A DNA stretch of 64,000 nt from Mobula hypostoma. Taxonomy: Eukaryota. The DNA lies in assembly GCF_963921235.1 (NCBI RefSeq), contig NC_086097.1:60204001-60268000 (forward strand), given 5' to 3'. The translations under genes and the position numbers were made by a program. Below are positions 12,931-25,450 of the stretch, in pieces (position 1 is the first letter of the stretch; every line of letters starts with the position of its first letter). The notes below the pieces were generated by a model. It saw only the letters and a program-made list of their open reading frames with translations. It made no database searches and had not been told where the DNA came from.

Positions 12931-14010
12931 TTGTTGTTGTTCAGTCGTTAAGTCGAGTCTGACTCTTCATGACATCATGGACTCCTGCACACCAAGCTTT
13001 CTTGTTGGAAACTGCCTGTCAAAGGTCCCCCAAGGTCATACACATTGTCTGAGTATCATTATCTATCCATCACAGCCTCTGTCGTCCTCTCCTTCTTTTA
13101 CCTTCTGTTTTACCTAACACGAGAGTATGCTCCAAGGAAACCTGTCTTCTCATGATGTGGCCAAAATATTTGAGCTTTTGTCTCATAATGAAGCCTTCTA
13201 GTGAGCAGTCCGGCTGTTTTTCTTCAAGTATTGACTTGTTGGATCTTCTTGCTGTCCAACAAACACTTTCCTCCAGCATCCAAGTTCAAAGGAGCTGATT
13301 CTTTTGTATTCAGCCTTACGAACAGTCCAGCTCTTACAGTCATACATCACAACTGGAAATACCATACACTTGACTATATGGACCTTTGTGGATAATGTTA
13401 TGCCTCTGCTGTTCAGTATTTTATCTAAATTTGCCATTGCTGCCTTCCCCAGAAGTAAGCACTGTTTGATTTCATGGCTGCATTTACCTTCTATAGAAAT
13501 CTTTAAACTGAGGAAAACAAAATATGTCACTGCTTCCACTTCCTTTCCATCTATTACCACAGAGTTAATAGGGATGGTTGACATAATCTTGGTTTTATTA
13601 ATACTGACCAACAAGCCAGCTTTTGCACTTTCTTCTTTCATTTTGATTAGAAGCTTCCTCAGATCCTCCTCACTTTCAGCCATTAGAGTAGTATCAATTA
13701 CATATCTGAGGTTGTTAATATTTTATCTGGCAATTTTGATTCCAACAGTTGAGTCCTCTAGGCCAGTATTTCTCGTGATGCATTAAATAAGTAGGGTGAC
13801 AGTATGCAGCCTTGTCGTACTCCTTTCCCAATCTTGAACCAGTTTGTTGTTCCATGTTCAGTTCTAACTGTTGCTTCTTGATTTTCGTATGAGTTTCTCA
13901 TAAGGCAGATCAGGAGTCCAGGTATCCCCATTTCCTTAAGGATTTGCCATAGTTTATTATGGTCCACGCTGTCGAAGACTTTAGAGTAGTCAATAAAACA
14001 TAGATAAATA
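12931..14010 (-). mobile_element. BovB-like RTE LINE, 5'-truncated
   Basis: FIDYSKVFDSVDHNKLW, GKGVRQGCILSPYLFN, MAESEEDL..KEESAKAGL, VFPVVMY, LKYFGHIMRR; 3' end gagtcagactcgacttaacgactg(aac)n. Confidence 0.92.
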
Positions 14011-14506
14011 GTTTTCGGGAAAAGTATTTTCCAAAGCAAATTAGGACCAGTTAATTGATGCAATTCAAGCATTTTATTTTTTGGTTCTTCATCTATGTAA
14101 GCTTTGCTCCTTTACTATTACTTTTTAATGAAGCTTTTCTATTTGCCATAAGAGAATGCATTTTATTTCTCTATAGGTGAAACCCTTCTCAAAGACGAAA
14201 ACTTTAGTTTATTTTCATCAAAAATATTCACTTCAAATACACAAATACAGGCTCTTCTGAAGCTAAGGGCCTAAAGCATGAAACATAGAGCTGCAATTAT
14301 TCCTTCAAGCTATCATCTGTGTCATTTTATTTATTCCTCGAAACCATAAACCTTCAGGAAATAACCCATGTTTATACCATAAGACAAAAGAGCAGAATTA
14401 GGCAATTCCGCCCATTGGCTCTTCTCCACTATTCAATCATGGCTGAATTATTATCCCTCTCAACCACATTCTCCTGCCTTCTCTATGTAATCGCTGACAT
14501 CCTTAC

Positions 14507-14864
14507 CAATGTTCCCTTTAAGGTGTGCATGCACACATCTTTTGCTACTAGTACACAAAGGACTTTCAACTGCGCAAAAAGGTTGCCACCCTCTACCTCA
14601 TTGGCATATGAAGTATATTTTACGATCATACACAATCACCTTTCCTTTACAGATTTCTGATGCAGACAGCGTTGACAACGTGGAGTTTGATTTGTCTGCA
14701 GATTTTAGAATAGACTTATCTGTGCTGTTTTTATTGATGAAATTATTGATTCATTATGTAGAATTCCAAAGAAGCAAAAGGTGTGAAGCACAAAAGAACT
14801 GCTGGATCTTTTAAAGTGGAATGGCTTAATGAAACAGTAGAAACTGCTACACATAAAGCTCATG
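14507..14864. mobile_element. hAT-like non-autonomous insert with 8-bp TSD and only one recognisable TIR
   Basis: TSD ATCCTTAC at 14499-14506 and 14865-14872; left end CAATGTTCCCTTTAAG resembles hAT-type CAGTGTTCCCTCTAA termini. Confidence 0.6.
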
Positions 14865-15290
14865 ATCCTTACTAATCAAGAGCCTATCAATCTCCACTTT
14901 AAATATACCCGTTGACTTGGCCTCCACAGCCGTCTGTGCAATGAAATCCACATATTCAACAGCTACTAGCTAAAGAAATTCCTCCTTTAGAATAGAGATA
15001 AGGGAAATTTGTTCTATTATGAGGCTGTGCACTCTGGTTCTTGACTCTCCCACTAATAGAAACATCCTCTCTATGTTGACTCTATCTATGCCTTTCAATA
15101 TTCACTAAGATTCAATGAATATTTTAACTCATTCTAAACTCTAGTGAATACAAATCCAGATCCATCAAACACTCCTCTTGCATTAAAACATTCTTGCCTG
15201 GGATTACTCCCCTAAACCCTTTTTGGATCCTCTCCAATGCTAGCACATCCTTGCTTAGATATGTGGCCGAAATACTTTGTTATTCACAAT

Positions 15291-15958
15291 TGTTCCTGGT
15301 AAACAATCACTGCAAACAGTGGTCTGTGGCTTCCCTATCAGATCTGAGCTGAATCGCATGTACGATTGGCATTTTTGTGGCGTGGCAGGAGTCTTGCTAG
15401 TACAGGAGTGTTGCAGCATGTTTGGGCTGGAGCTGCTGGAGTGGATGGAGGCAATTCAATGTGGCACAGCTGAGGCGACATGTGGAAAGATCTGAGGTTT
15501 GATTGATTTAAGAACCAAGCTGAATTGGAAAGGTTAGGTACCGTCTGTATCGAGGCAATGGTGCCCAAGCCCATGGGTGATCTAAGTGCTGGGCCAAATT
15601 GAAATAGTCAGGATGTGAGGGTCAGAGGTGAGAAATGGGCTGTGCCAGCTCGCTGCTCCAGTTTGTTTGCTCAACACTGGACTGAGGCTGTAGTCTGCAA
15701 CTAGTGGACTTCTGAATCAACTGCACTGGTGCCTGGTGTTGTGAGCTTCAGTTATGAATGCTGTTTGCTTGCTTAATCGTTCGCACAAATTTTTTTGGTG
15801 TTTTTTTTCTTTCTCTGCACACTGGGTGTTTGATGGTCTTCTTTTGTTTTTAATGGTTTGATTGGAGCTCTTCGTTTCGTGGCAGCCAGTAAGGAGACAA
15901 ATCTCAAGGTTGTATAAAGGATACATATTTTGACAATAAAATGGATTTTGACCTTTAA
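15291..15958 (+). mobile_element. Non-coding element with Rex1-type 3' tail, inserted in CR1
   Basis: GC-richer body ending aatctcaaggttgtata..gacaataaaatggattttgaccttt; CR1 resumes afterwards. Confidence 0.65.
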
Positions 15959-16061
15959 GTTTATTTACATTACTCTAAAAGTGGTCTGACCAATGCCTTG
16001 TAAACCCTTAGCTTTGCATCCTTTCTTATATCCTAGTCCTCTCTAAATGAATGCTAACATT

Positions 16062-16308
16062 TGTTTTTATTTAGCGATATAACACCATAACAGCCCCTCA
16101 TGGCCCAATGATCCCGCACTACCCAATTACCCTAAAGTCAGCAACTAACCTACAAACCAGTATTTCTTCAAAATCTGGGAGAAAAGTGGAGCACTCAGTG
16201 CTCATCAGGAGAACATACAAACTCCTTACAGACAGTGGTTGAATTGAACCTGGGTTGCTGGCACCCTAACAGCGTCACAGTAAATGCTGCTCTACTCTGC
16301 CACTCTAC
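16062..16308 (-). mobile_element. V-SINE/HE1-like tRNA-derived SINE
   Basis: Minus strand: tRNA-like head (ggcagagtagagcagc..ccaggttcaattc B box), V-domain-like ctgtctgtaaggagtttgtatgttctcc, and CR1-like tail gggccatgaggggctgttatggtgttatatc. Confidence 0.75.
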
Positions 16309-17259
16309 TGCATTTGCATTTCTTACGACCAACGCAACCTGCAAGTTAACTTTTAGGGAATCCTGCGCTAGGACTCCCAAGTTCCTTTGCATCTCTGATT
16401 TCTGAATTTCCTCCCTGTTTAGAAATAGTCAATGTCTTTATTCCTTCTACCAAAGTGCATGACCATGCACTTCCCCACAATGATATTCCATCTGCCATTT
16501 CTTTGCCTATTCTCCTAAGTCCTAAACTGTCCTAGTCCATCTGCAGACTTCTTCGTTCCTGTACACTTTGTGCCACTCCACCGATCTTTGTATCATCCAC
16601 AAACATGGCCAGAAAGCCATCAGTTACGTTATCCAGATCATTAACATATAACGTGAGAATTAGCGGACCCAACACCGCCTCCTGCGGAACACAACTGGTC
16701 ACTGCCAGCCAACTATAAAAGGCCTTCTTTATTCCCACTCTCTTCCTCCTGCTGATCAGTTATTTTGCTGTCCCTGTTAGTATCTTCCCTCTAATACCTT
16801 GGGCTCTTATCTTGTTTAGCAGCCTGTTGTGTGGCACTCTTTCAAAGGCTTCTAAAAATCCAAGTAAACATCATTTTCTGACTCTATTTATCCTGCTCAG
16901 CTCCTCTCTCATGCCTTTGAGGTTACCTTTCTTCACTGTAATACTGATATATCTGATTTTAGCTTCAAATGGCAAGGTAAATTCTATCATATTATGATCA
17001 CTGCCTCTGAAGGGTTCCTTTACTTTAAGCTCCCTAATTAAACCTAGTTCATTACACAATACCCTTTACAGAATTGTCCCTTCTCTGACAAGCTCAACTA
17101 CAAACTGCTCTAAAAAGACATCTTGAATTCATTCTGCAAATCCTTCTCTTCAAATTCAGCATCAACCTGATTTTCCCAATCTAGCTGCACATTGAAATAC
17201 TCATATCCAGTGTTTAAAATTTTAAAATGGAGCATTCTAATTACATCTATGTTAACATT

Positions 17260-18740
17260 TGTTAGGATTTTAATCTAAGGAGAAATAGGCAACAGTGATT
17301 GATACCCAGAGAAGTAAGGAGAGCAGAGAGGTCGGAATATGTGAGAGTCAGCAGCCCCGGTGGGGTGGAACATAAGCAGTCTGAGAAGGGAGAGCGAAGC
17401 TTGGACAGAGAGGCTGGAGGATGTTCCTCAGTGGATCTGGCAAACCGGGTGCAGTGCAACCGGTGGTGGTGCAGTAGGTGGTGGATCAAGCAGACCTGAA
17501 AAGGAGAATGAATGGTGGAAGTGAAGCAGACGTGAACGGGAGAATGTATATTGGAACTCAAATGGACCTGAAAGGGTAAGGGCCTTGCAGACTGTGTAGG
17601 GTGAAGGGAGTACAAGGCAAGGAAGGTGCAATAGTGATCATCCGCAGGTTGTTCGGAAGTGGACCATGACATGTGAGGAGGTGTGCAGGGTTATGAGCCA
17701 GTGCAGCATGTGGGATAAAACGTGGAAAGGCCGAACATAGTGAAAATGAACCACCAAGGACACGGAGGTCAAAGGCGACAGTGAGAAACAGGATCATTGC
17801 GAGTGGATAAACTGGCTGGGGGCCCAGCAGGGAGGTGTCCCAGCGGGCCTGGAAGGAAGTTGGAAAGGTGGAGCCCGAGCAGGACTGAAAGAGACATGAA
17901 TGGATGTGTCATGCAGATCTAAGAGTGTCATGGCAGAATGGAGTTTCAGTGGACTTGAAAGGTAGATGGCTTACCAGTCTGTGCATAGTGAACAGAGTGA
18001 AAGATAACTAACTAAGGAATGCAGAGTAGTGATCCACCGCGGGGGGGCCATGAAATATGAAGAGGTGAGGGGTGACAGGCTGGGTGCAGCATGAACAGAT
18101 TGACAAGGCAGAGCAACGTGAGAGTGGCCCACATGGGACTATGAGGTTGCTGGTAGCGGGCAGAAGCGCAGAGGAAGCAGGCTGATCCGGTGTGGTTCTG
18201 GTGAATTTGGTGCAAACAAAAAAAGGGACAAGACAGTGGAGTTCCCGCGGACTTGAAAGGAATAGTGCCCAGCGGACCACATAGGGGGTGGACAGAGCAA
18301 GTGAGAAATTGTCTCAGGGGATTGGAAATGGGCCACAAAAATGAGGAGTAGTGAGGTGATGAGCCAGCACATATGGTGGAGGTAGGGAGAACATAAACAA
18401 CCTAAGAAGGGAGAAGAAATCACGTAGACCAGAGAGGCACTGGTGCAGAGACAATGGGATGATCCGGAGAGGATCTGGCAACCCAGTGGGTTCCTTGCTG
18501 GGTGAAGCTCAGACAAACCTGAATGGATAACAACAGGATGGCGGTCACACAGACCTGAGAGGGATAGAGCCGAGCAGACCATGCAAGCAGAGGTGGACAG
18601 CGTGAAGGGGCACCTAACCCAGGAATGTGTGACAGTGAGAGGTCGCAGGGTGAAGCATAGGGAGCAGGGTTATTGGAAACGATCCACAAAATGTAAAAAG
18701 GATTGACCCTGTAGGGTGAGGCAGAAATTATGTGGATAAA
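17260..18740. repeat. Purine-rich degenerate repeat region, unclassified
   Basis: Recurring (g/c)agacctgaaaggg-like motif; 17490-17620 aligns by eye with 17880-18005. Confidence 0.55.
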
Positions 18741-18942
18741 TAGTAGAAGGGAGACTGGATGTTGCGTGCTGAAGTGCCTGTTTCCCTGCTGTATGTCTGT
18801 GATTAAAAGGGAAGATTAGTGACTGTGAGCTAACAAGATCATTACATCCCTGTTAGCTACTTCAACAAACAATCTAATTCAGAAACTTCCCTTCATCTGA
18901 TTTGAGTTTGTTTCCCTTGCTGCTTTCTTGTTGGGTATAGAT

Positions 18943-19380
18943 TGGGCCTGGTATGGGAACTGTACTTCCCTCAATCGCAGGACTCTGCAGAGAGTGGAGC
19001 GGACAGCCCAGCACATCTGTAGATGTGAACTTCCACTATTCAGGACATTTACAAAGACAGGAGTGTAAAAAGGGCCCAAAGGATCATTGGAGACCCGAGT
19101 CACCCCAACCACAAACTGTTCCAGCTGCTACCATCCGAGTAACAGTACTGCAGCATAAAAGCCAGTTCCGACAGGCTCCGGGACAGCTTCTTCCACCAGG
19201 CCATCAGACTGATTAGTTCATGATGATACAATGTTACATTGACTGTCCTGTTGTACCTACTATTTATTACATATTACTGTAAATTGCACATTGGACATTT
19301 AGATGGAGACGTATCGTAAAGACTTCGACTCCGCATGTAAATGAAGGATGTAAGTAATAAAGTCAATTCAATTCAATTCA
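18943..19380 (+). mobile_element. Rex1/Babar LINE 3' end
   Basis: WYGN..LQRVERTAQHI..HPNHKLFQLLPS; AATAAA followed by a (caatt)n tail. Confidence 0.88.
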
Positions 19381-21232
19381 CTACTGGATTTCCAGGTCTT
19401 CCATGGTCATAGTCACACCAAGATTATCTCTGTCAGTGCTGTCTTACACTCAAGGAAACACAATGTCCGTAGGCTGCAAGCTTGAAAAGAAAGGAACTAC
19501 GAACTACCAGCCCTGAAGAGTGGAGAACATGAAACTTTTTGTGAGGATACTGTAAATAATAACATGATATTTTCTATCAATTAATGAAATTATAACAAGA
19601 GTACAGAGTCTCCTACTTTTCACAAAGTGCAGCAACAGAGGCTAATGAAGAATCCTCATGGTGTACAATCCACAAAATAACACTCTTCCTCATTTAGCAA
19701 AATCCAGCTGCTAAGCTGCATTAGTCACCTGAGCTTACATTGCAGTTTCGGGCTGAACAAAGCTAGCCGTAAGCGTCATCTAACAAATGGACAGAAACAG
19801 CTCACCAAAGCACCATCTCCTTTGCAAATTGTCAACTTGACTTGTGCCACTTTAATTTCGGTACTCCAACATCAGCAAACAACTTGAACCTCTTCACCTG
19901 AAACTATATGTTCACTTATCTTTGGTTTATTCATTACAGAGGAGGTGATCTGTATCTGCAATGCTCAATGCACTGCAGCAAAATTAGGAAGAGGTCCCTT
20001 TAATAATAATTAAGAATGAACAATGCATGCTTTCTTCCCAACTGCTACTAGAGCATACAAATAATGGATATAGATAAACCCAAATCCCCATTGTAACACA
20101 GTTCCCAATTTGCCTTCTTATTGAAGTGGATCTTGCTCAGTTTGTAAATCCTAGAATAAATCAAATCAGCATGTCAAACAGACTCATATTTCCACTCAAG
20201 GGCAAAGCTTTAAAGTTGTCAACTAATTATTTTTGTGCATTCTCTGTGCTTTGTGAGGACAAATAATAACAAGATTCTTTCATCAATTACTATTTTTGTG
20301 CTTTGTCTGTCTGCCTTAGAAATGTCTTTGCAATTTCAAGTACTTCTGCAAGATGCACTCCAGTGGCTGTGAGATCGCTGGGCCATGGTTGCTGAGGAGA
20401 AATTTGCAAGTGGCTCCAAATTCTGATCACCCACATCTCGATGAGCTTCGGACCACCACATCAGGGCATGAGAGGTAGCAGTACAGACTAGATGGTTCAT
20501 GGCAGCAACAAGGGCAGTGACGCAGCAGGAGTGCACAAGTTAGGAAGTTGACTCATTCTTTATGGAGCCACCCATGTTCCAAGCACAAGGCATTACCCGT
20601 TTGCTAGAAGACGGATTGAATGTCTTTGCTAGAATGGGGTCCCGAATCACGAATGCACAAGTCTAGCTTGGATGTCAGTAAGCTGAGGTGCCAAGGTGAA
20701 GTTGGAGCTTTCACTTTTACCTTTATTTATATGAAGACTTCGATACCTCTCTGCATACATTAGTTCATACCTGGTTGGCTTCAGAATACTGGCTATTCTA
20801 TGCTGTAAAGAATGGGCTCCAAGCTCTGCACCAAGATGTGTGCAATTTAGAGTGGTTTCCAAACTTCTAGTTATCTTACACAAGCTATAAAATAGGCTGG
20901 TTAATAATCCAACCACCTCCGTATGCCTCCATATAAAACTTTGTCTGTAGGCTGCCCCTTATAATCCTAACTTAAGTCCTTCAGAACAGAAGAGGTATCC
21001 TCTGGAAGCTGACATCTGAGCTACTCTCACTCTCTAAACTAGTAACTGTGAATTCTGCCTGTTTGTTCATCATACATAGATTTCATCTCTGAACGACCTC
21101 AGTGTCAGGACTTAGATTAGTAGGTGCATGGACAGGTGCAGCAACAGAACACTATCTTCTTCTGACAGGCAGTTCAGCTGCTGGGGCTACAGAGGTTTCA
21201 CTGCTATGAAAGGAACAAGGGTAATGCCATGG

Positions 21233-22350
21233 TGAATCAGCATCCGAATCAGGTTTTTGTCACTGACATATGTCGCGAAATTTGTTAACTTAGAAACAGC
21301 AGTACAATGCAATACATGATAATATAGAAAAAAAGTAAATTAATTATGGTAAGTGCATATATATGTATATTAAATATTAAGATTAAAAATAGTGCAAACA
21401 GAAATAATATTTTAAAAATTGAGGTAGTGTTTACGGGTTCAATGTTCATTTAGGAATCGGAAGGCAGAGGGGAAAAAGCTGTTCCTGAATCGCTGAGCAT
21501 ATGCCTTCCGGCTTCAGTACCTCCTACCTGATGGTAACAGTGAAAAGAGGACTTGTCCTGGGTGAAGGAGGTCGTTAATAATGGATGCCACCTTTCATAG
21601 GCACAACTCCTTGATGATGTCCTGGATACTACGAAGGATAGTACTCGAGATGGAGCTGACTAATTTTATTACTTTCTGTAGCTTTATTCGAACCTGTGCA
21701 GTAACCACACCCCCACCCATCATACCAAGCAGTGATAAAGCCTGTCAGAATGCTCTCCATGGTACATCTATGAAAGTTTTCAAATGTTTTAGTTGACAAA
21801 CCAAATCTCTTCAAACTCTTAATGGAATATAGCCTTTCTTTCTTTATAGCTTTATCAATATGTTGAGACCAGGTTACATCCTCAGAGATCTTGATACCCA
21901 AGTACTTGAAATTGCTCCCTCTCTTCACTTCCGATCATTCTATAAGGATTGGTTTGTGTTTCCTTGTCTTGGCCTTCTTGAAGTCCACAACCAGCTCTTT
22001 TGTCTTACTATATTGAATGCAAGGTCATTACTGTGACACCACTCAACTAGCTGCTATATCTCACTCCTGCACGCCCTCTCATCTCCATCTGGGATCCTAT
22101 CAGCAACGGTTGCATCATCAGCAAATTTATTGATGGCCTTTGAGTTATACCTGGCCACGCAGTCATGGGTATTGAGGGAGTAGAGCAGTGGCTAAACACA
22201 CACACCTGAGGTGCACCAGTGTTGATCATCAGCAAGGAGGAGGTATGATTACCGATTCACATAGATGTGGTCTTCTGCTTAGGAAGTCAAGGATCCAATT
22301 GCAGAGGGAGGTACGAAGGCCCAGGTTCAGTAATTTATTGATCAGAATGG
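21233..22350 (-). mobile_element. Rex1/Babar LINE 3' portion
   Basis: INTGAPQ, FKYLGIKISEDVTWSQH, ESILTGFITAWY; gattc-type tail at 21233-21260. Confidence 0.88.
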
Positions 22351-22699
22351 AGGGGGTCTGGTCTGAGGGACATGTGGAAACCACTCAAGTAGTCAGGTAG
22401 GGAAATTTGTGGATAAGGGAAAAGTGAATTGTGAGAAGAATTAGAGATGATCATGCTGATTCCGTCCTCCACCGCCCACCAGTTCTGAGTTGGCTTGGCA
22501 GAGATCACTAGTAAAGCCACCTCCAGGTTGATCACCAAGTGAACATGGCAAAATTCCTGCCAGGATGTTGCTCCAGTCTTTGGTTATAAGCCACGTTTAT
22601 TAGCAGGAGAGGTGGAAATATGAAAGTGAGTGTGCTGCAAAACATAATTGCAATAACAATGAGAGTAATTTAGAAGGCACAGAAAAGATATATTCCAAA

Positions 22700-25450
22700 G
22701 AAGAAGGGAAGATGAGGCAACTGTGTCTGACAAGGGAAGTCAAAGACAGCATAAAATCAAAAGAGAGATTATAAAATATAGCAAAAAATAATAGGAAGTT
22801 AAAAGATTGGGAAGCTTCTAAAAATCAACAGAAGGCAAGTAAAATAAAAACAATGAAGATAGAAAAGATGCAAGATAAAGATAAGCTAGCCAATAATAGA
22901 AAAGAGGATACCTAAAGTTTTTTCAGATATATAAAGAGTAAAAGCGTGGTGAGAGTGAATATTGGAGTGCTGAAAAATGATGCTGGAGAGTTATAATGGA
23001 GAACGAAGAAATGTTGACAAACTTAATAAGTAGTTTGGGTATATTATAAGTATATTATTCGACGTTCACTGAGGAAGACACCAGCAGTATGCCAGAAATT
23101 CAAGAATGTCAGGGGATAGAAGTGAGTGTAGTGCTATTACTAAGGAGAAGGTATTGGAAACTGAAAGGTCTCGAGATAGATATATCACTTGAACCAGATA
23201 AAAAATACTCAAGGGCTCTGAAACAGGTAGATGAAGAAATTGTAAAGGCATTGATAGTGATCTTTCAAGAATCACTAGAACCTGGAATCGTTTCAAATAA
23301 TAGGACAATTGCAAATGTCTCTCCATTCTTCAAGAAGGGAAAGAGACATAAAACAGGAAATTATAGGTCAGTCAGCCTGACTTCAGTGGTTGGGAAGAAT
23401 TTGCCATTTTAAGGATGAGGTTTTGAGATACTTGGAGGCACATGATAAAATAGGCTAAAGTCAGCATGGTTTCCTTAAGGGGAAATCTTGCTTGACTAAT
23501 CTGCACAAATTCTTTGAGGAAATAACTGGCAAGATAGACAAAGGAGAATCAGTGGGTGTTGTTTACTTGGGTTTTCAGAGGGTCTTTGACAAGGTGCCAC
23601 ACATGAGGCTACTCAACAAGAACCCATGGTAAAAAGATAGCAGCATGGACAGAAGATTAGCTGATTGGTAGGAATGGTAGAATTAGAATTAGAATTTTTA
23701 TTTCTTACATCCATTTCGCAACATGAGGGAGAAAAAGTCTTTATGTTGCAACTCTGTCGCTATGTACTAGCAATAAGGAAGGGAAATGTGGGAGGATATT
23801 TCCCAAACACTAAAATTGTATGCATAGTTGATTTGCATACATTTATGTACAGTCGGATACAATGTACAGCCAGATATGCAAACAGATCAATGTGTATTGA
23901 TAAATCTGATGGCCTAGTGAAAGAAGCTGTCCTGGAGCCTATTGGTCCTGGCCTTAATGCTGCGGTATTGTTTGCCAGACAGAAGCGGCTGAAACTGTTC
24001 GTGCTTGGGGTGGTTGCAGTCCCTGATGATCCTCCAGGCCCTTTTTGCATACCTGCTGCTATAAATGTCCTGAATAGAGGAAAGTTCACATCCAAGATGC
24101 ACTGAGCTATCCCACCACTCTCTGCAGTGCCCTATGATTGAGGGTAGTAAAGTTCCCATACCAGATCGTGACACAGCCAGTCAGGATGCCCTCGATGGTG
24201 CTCCTGTAGAAAGTCCTGAGGATTTGAGGATTCATGCAAGACTTCTTCAGCCGCCTGAGGTGAAAGAGGCGATGTTGTGCTTTTCTCACCACACAGCCAG
24301 TATGTACGGACCACGAGATATCCTCAGTGATATGTTTCCTGAGGAGTTTGAAACTTCTTACCCTCTCAGCTACAGAACCACTGATGTCAACAGGGGCTAA
24401 CCTATCTCCGCTCCTCCTGTAATCCACAATCAAATCCTTTGCTTTACGACATTGAAGGAAGGCTGTTTTCTTGACACCACTGCATCAGACTTCTCCTCTG
24501 TAGGCTGTCTCATCATTGTTGGAAATAAGGCCTCTTAATGTTGTGTCATCAGAAAATTTGATCATCAGATTAGAGCTGCGTGTGGCAACACAATTGTGGA
24601 TGTATAGGGAGCAGCGGAGGGGGCTCAGGACACAGCACGGGGGGGCTCTTGTGTTGATATTTGGAGGGGCAGAGGTGAGGGTGCTCATCCTTACCACCTG
24701 CTAGTAGTAAAGTGAGAATAAAGGGGGCGTACTCTGTTTGGTTGCTTGTGAATAGTGCTATTCCACAGGGGTCAATGTTGGGACCGCTTCTTTTCATATT
24801 ATATGTCAATGCTTTAGATGATGGAATTAATGGCATTGTGCCAAATTTGCAGACAATATACAGATAAATGGAGGAGCAGGTAGTGTTGAGGAAGCAGATA
24901 GTCTGCAGTCTGTGAAAGGACTTTGACAAATTGAGAGAATGGGCAAAGAAGTGACAACTGGAAATAGTATAGGGAAGAATATAATATGGGCATGCACTTC
25001 AGTAAAAGGAATAAAAGCTTAGTCTGTTTTCTAAATGGGGAGAAATTTCAGAAATCAGAGGTTCAGAAGAACTTGGGAATCTTCATGCAGGATTCCCTAA
25101 ATGTAAAGTTACAGGTTGAGTAAGTAAATGTAATGTTAGCATTCATTTCGAGAGGACTAGAATATAAAAGGAAGGATATAATACTGAGGCTTTATAAGGC
25201 ATTGGTCAGACCGCACTTGGAGATTTGTGAGGAGTTTTGGGTCCCTTATCTATGAAAGGATATGCTGGCATTGGAGAGAGTCCGGACAATGTTCATAAAA
25301 ATTATCTTGGGAATGAAAGTATTAATGTATGAGAATCATTTGATGACCTGTAGTTGCTGGAGCTTAGAAGAATGAGAGGAAATTTCATTGAAGCCTATAG
25401 AATATTAAATAGAGTGGACAAAGAGCATATGTTTCCTTTAGTGGGGGACT
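22700..25450 (+). mobile_element. CR1-clade LINE ORF2, split by a Rex1 insertion
   Basis: PFFKKG..GNYRSVSLTSVVGK and SQHGFLKGKSCLTNL; resumes at ~24703 with PQGSMLGP and FAD motifs. Confidence 0.88.
23677..24700 (-). mobile_element. Rex1/Babar LINE 3' portion nested in CR1
   Basis: KFSDDTT, MIVDYRR, LFHLRRLKK, FYRSTIEGILTGCVTIWYGN; (ttctaa)n tail. Confidence 0.9.

Larger units (their letters stand above)
14376..17205 (-). mobile_element. CR1-clade LINE interrupted by three insertions
   Basis: Collinear segments 14376-14506, 14865-15290, ~15965-16060 and 16309-17205; VPQEAVLGP..YVNDLD..FVDDTK (RT) and GSDHNMIEF (endonuclease end). Confidence 0.85.

Noticed and set aside
14653..14814. Exon-like ORF ISDADSVDNVEFDL after tttacag
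   Set aside because: It lies inside a TSD-flanked insertion within a CR1, with no convincing donor.
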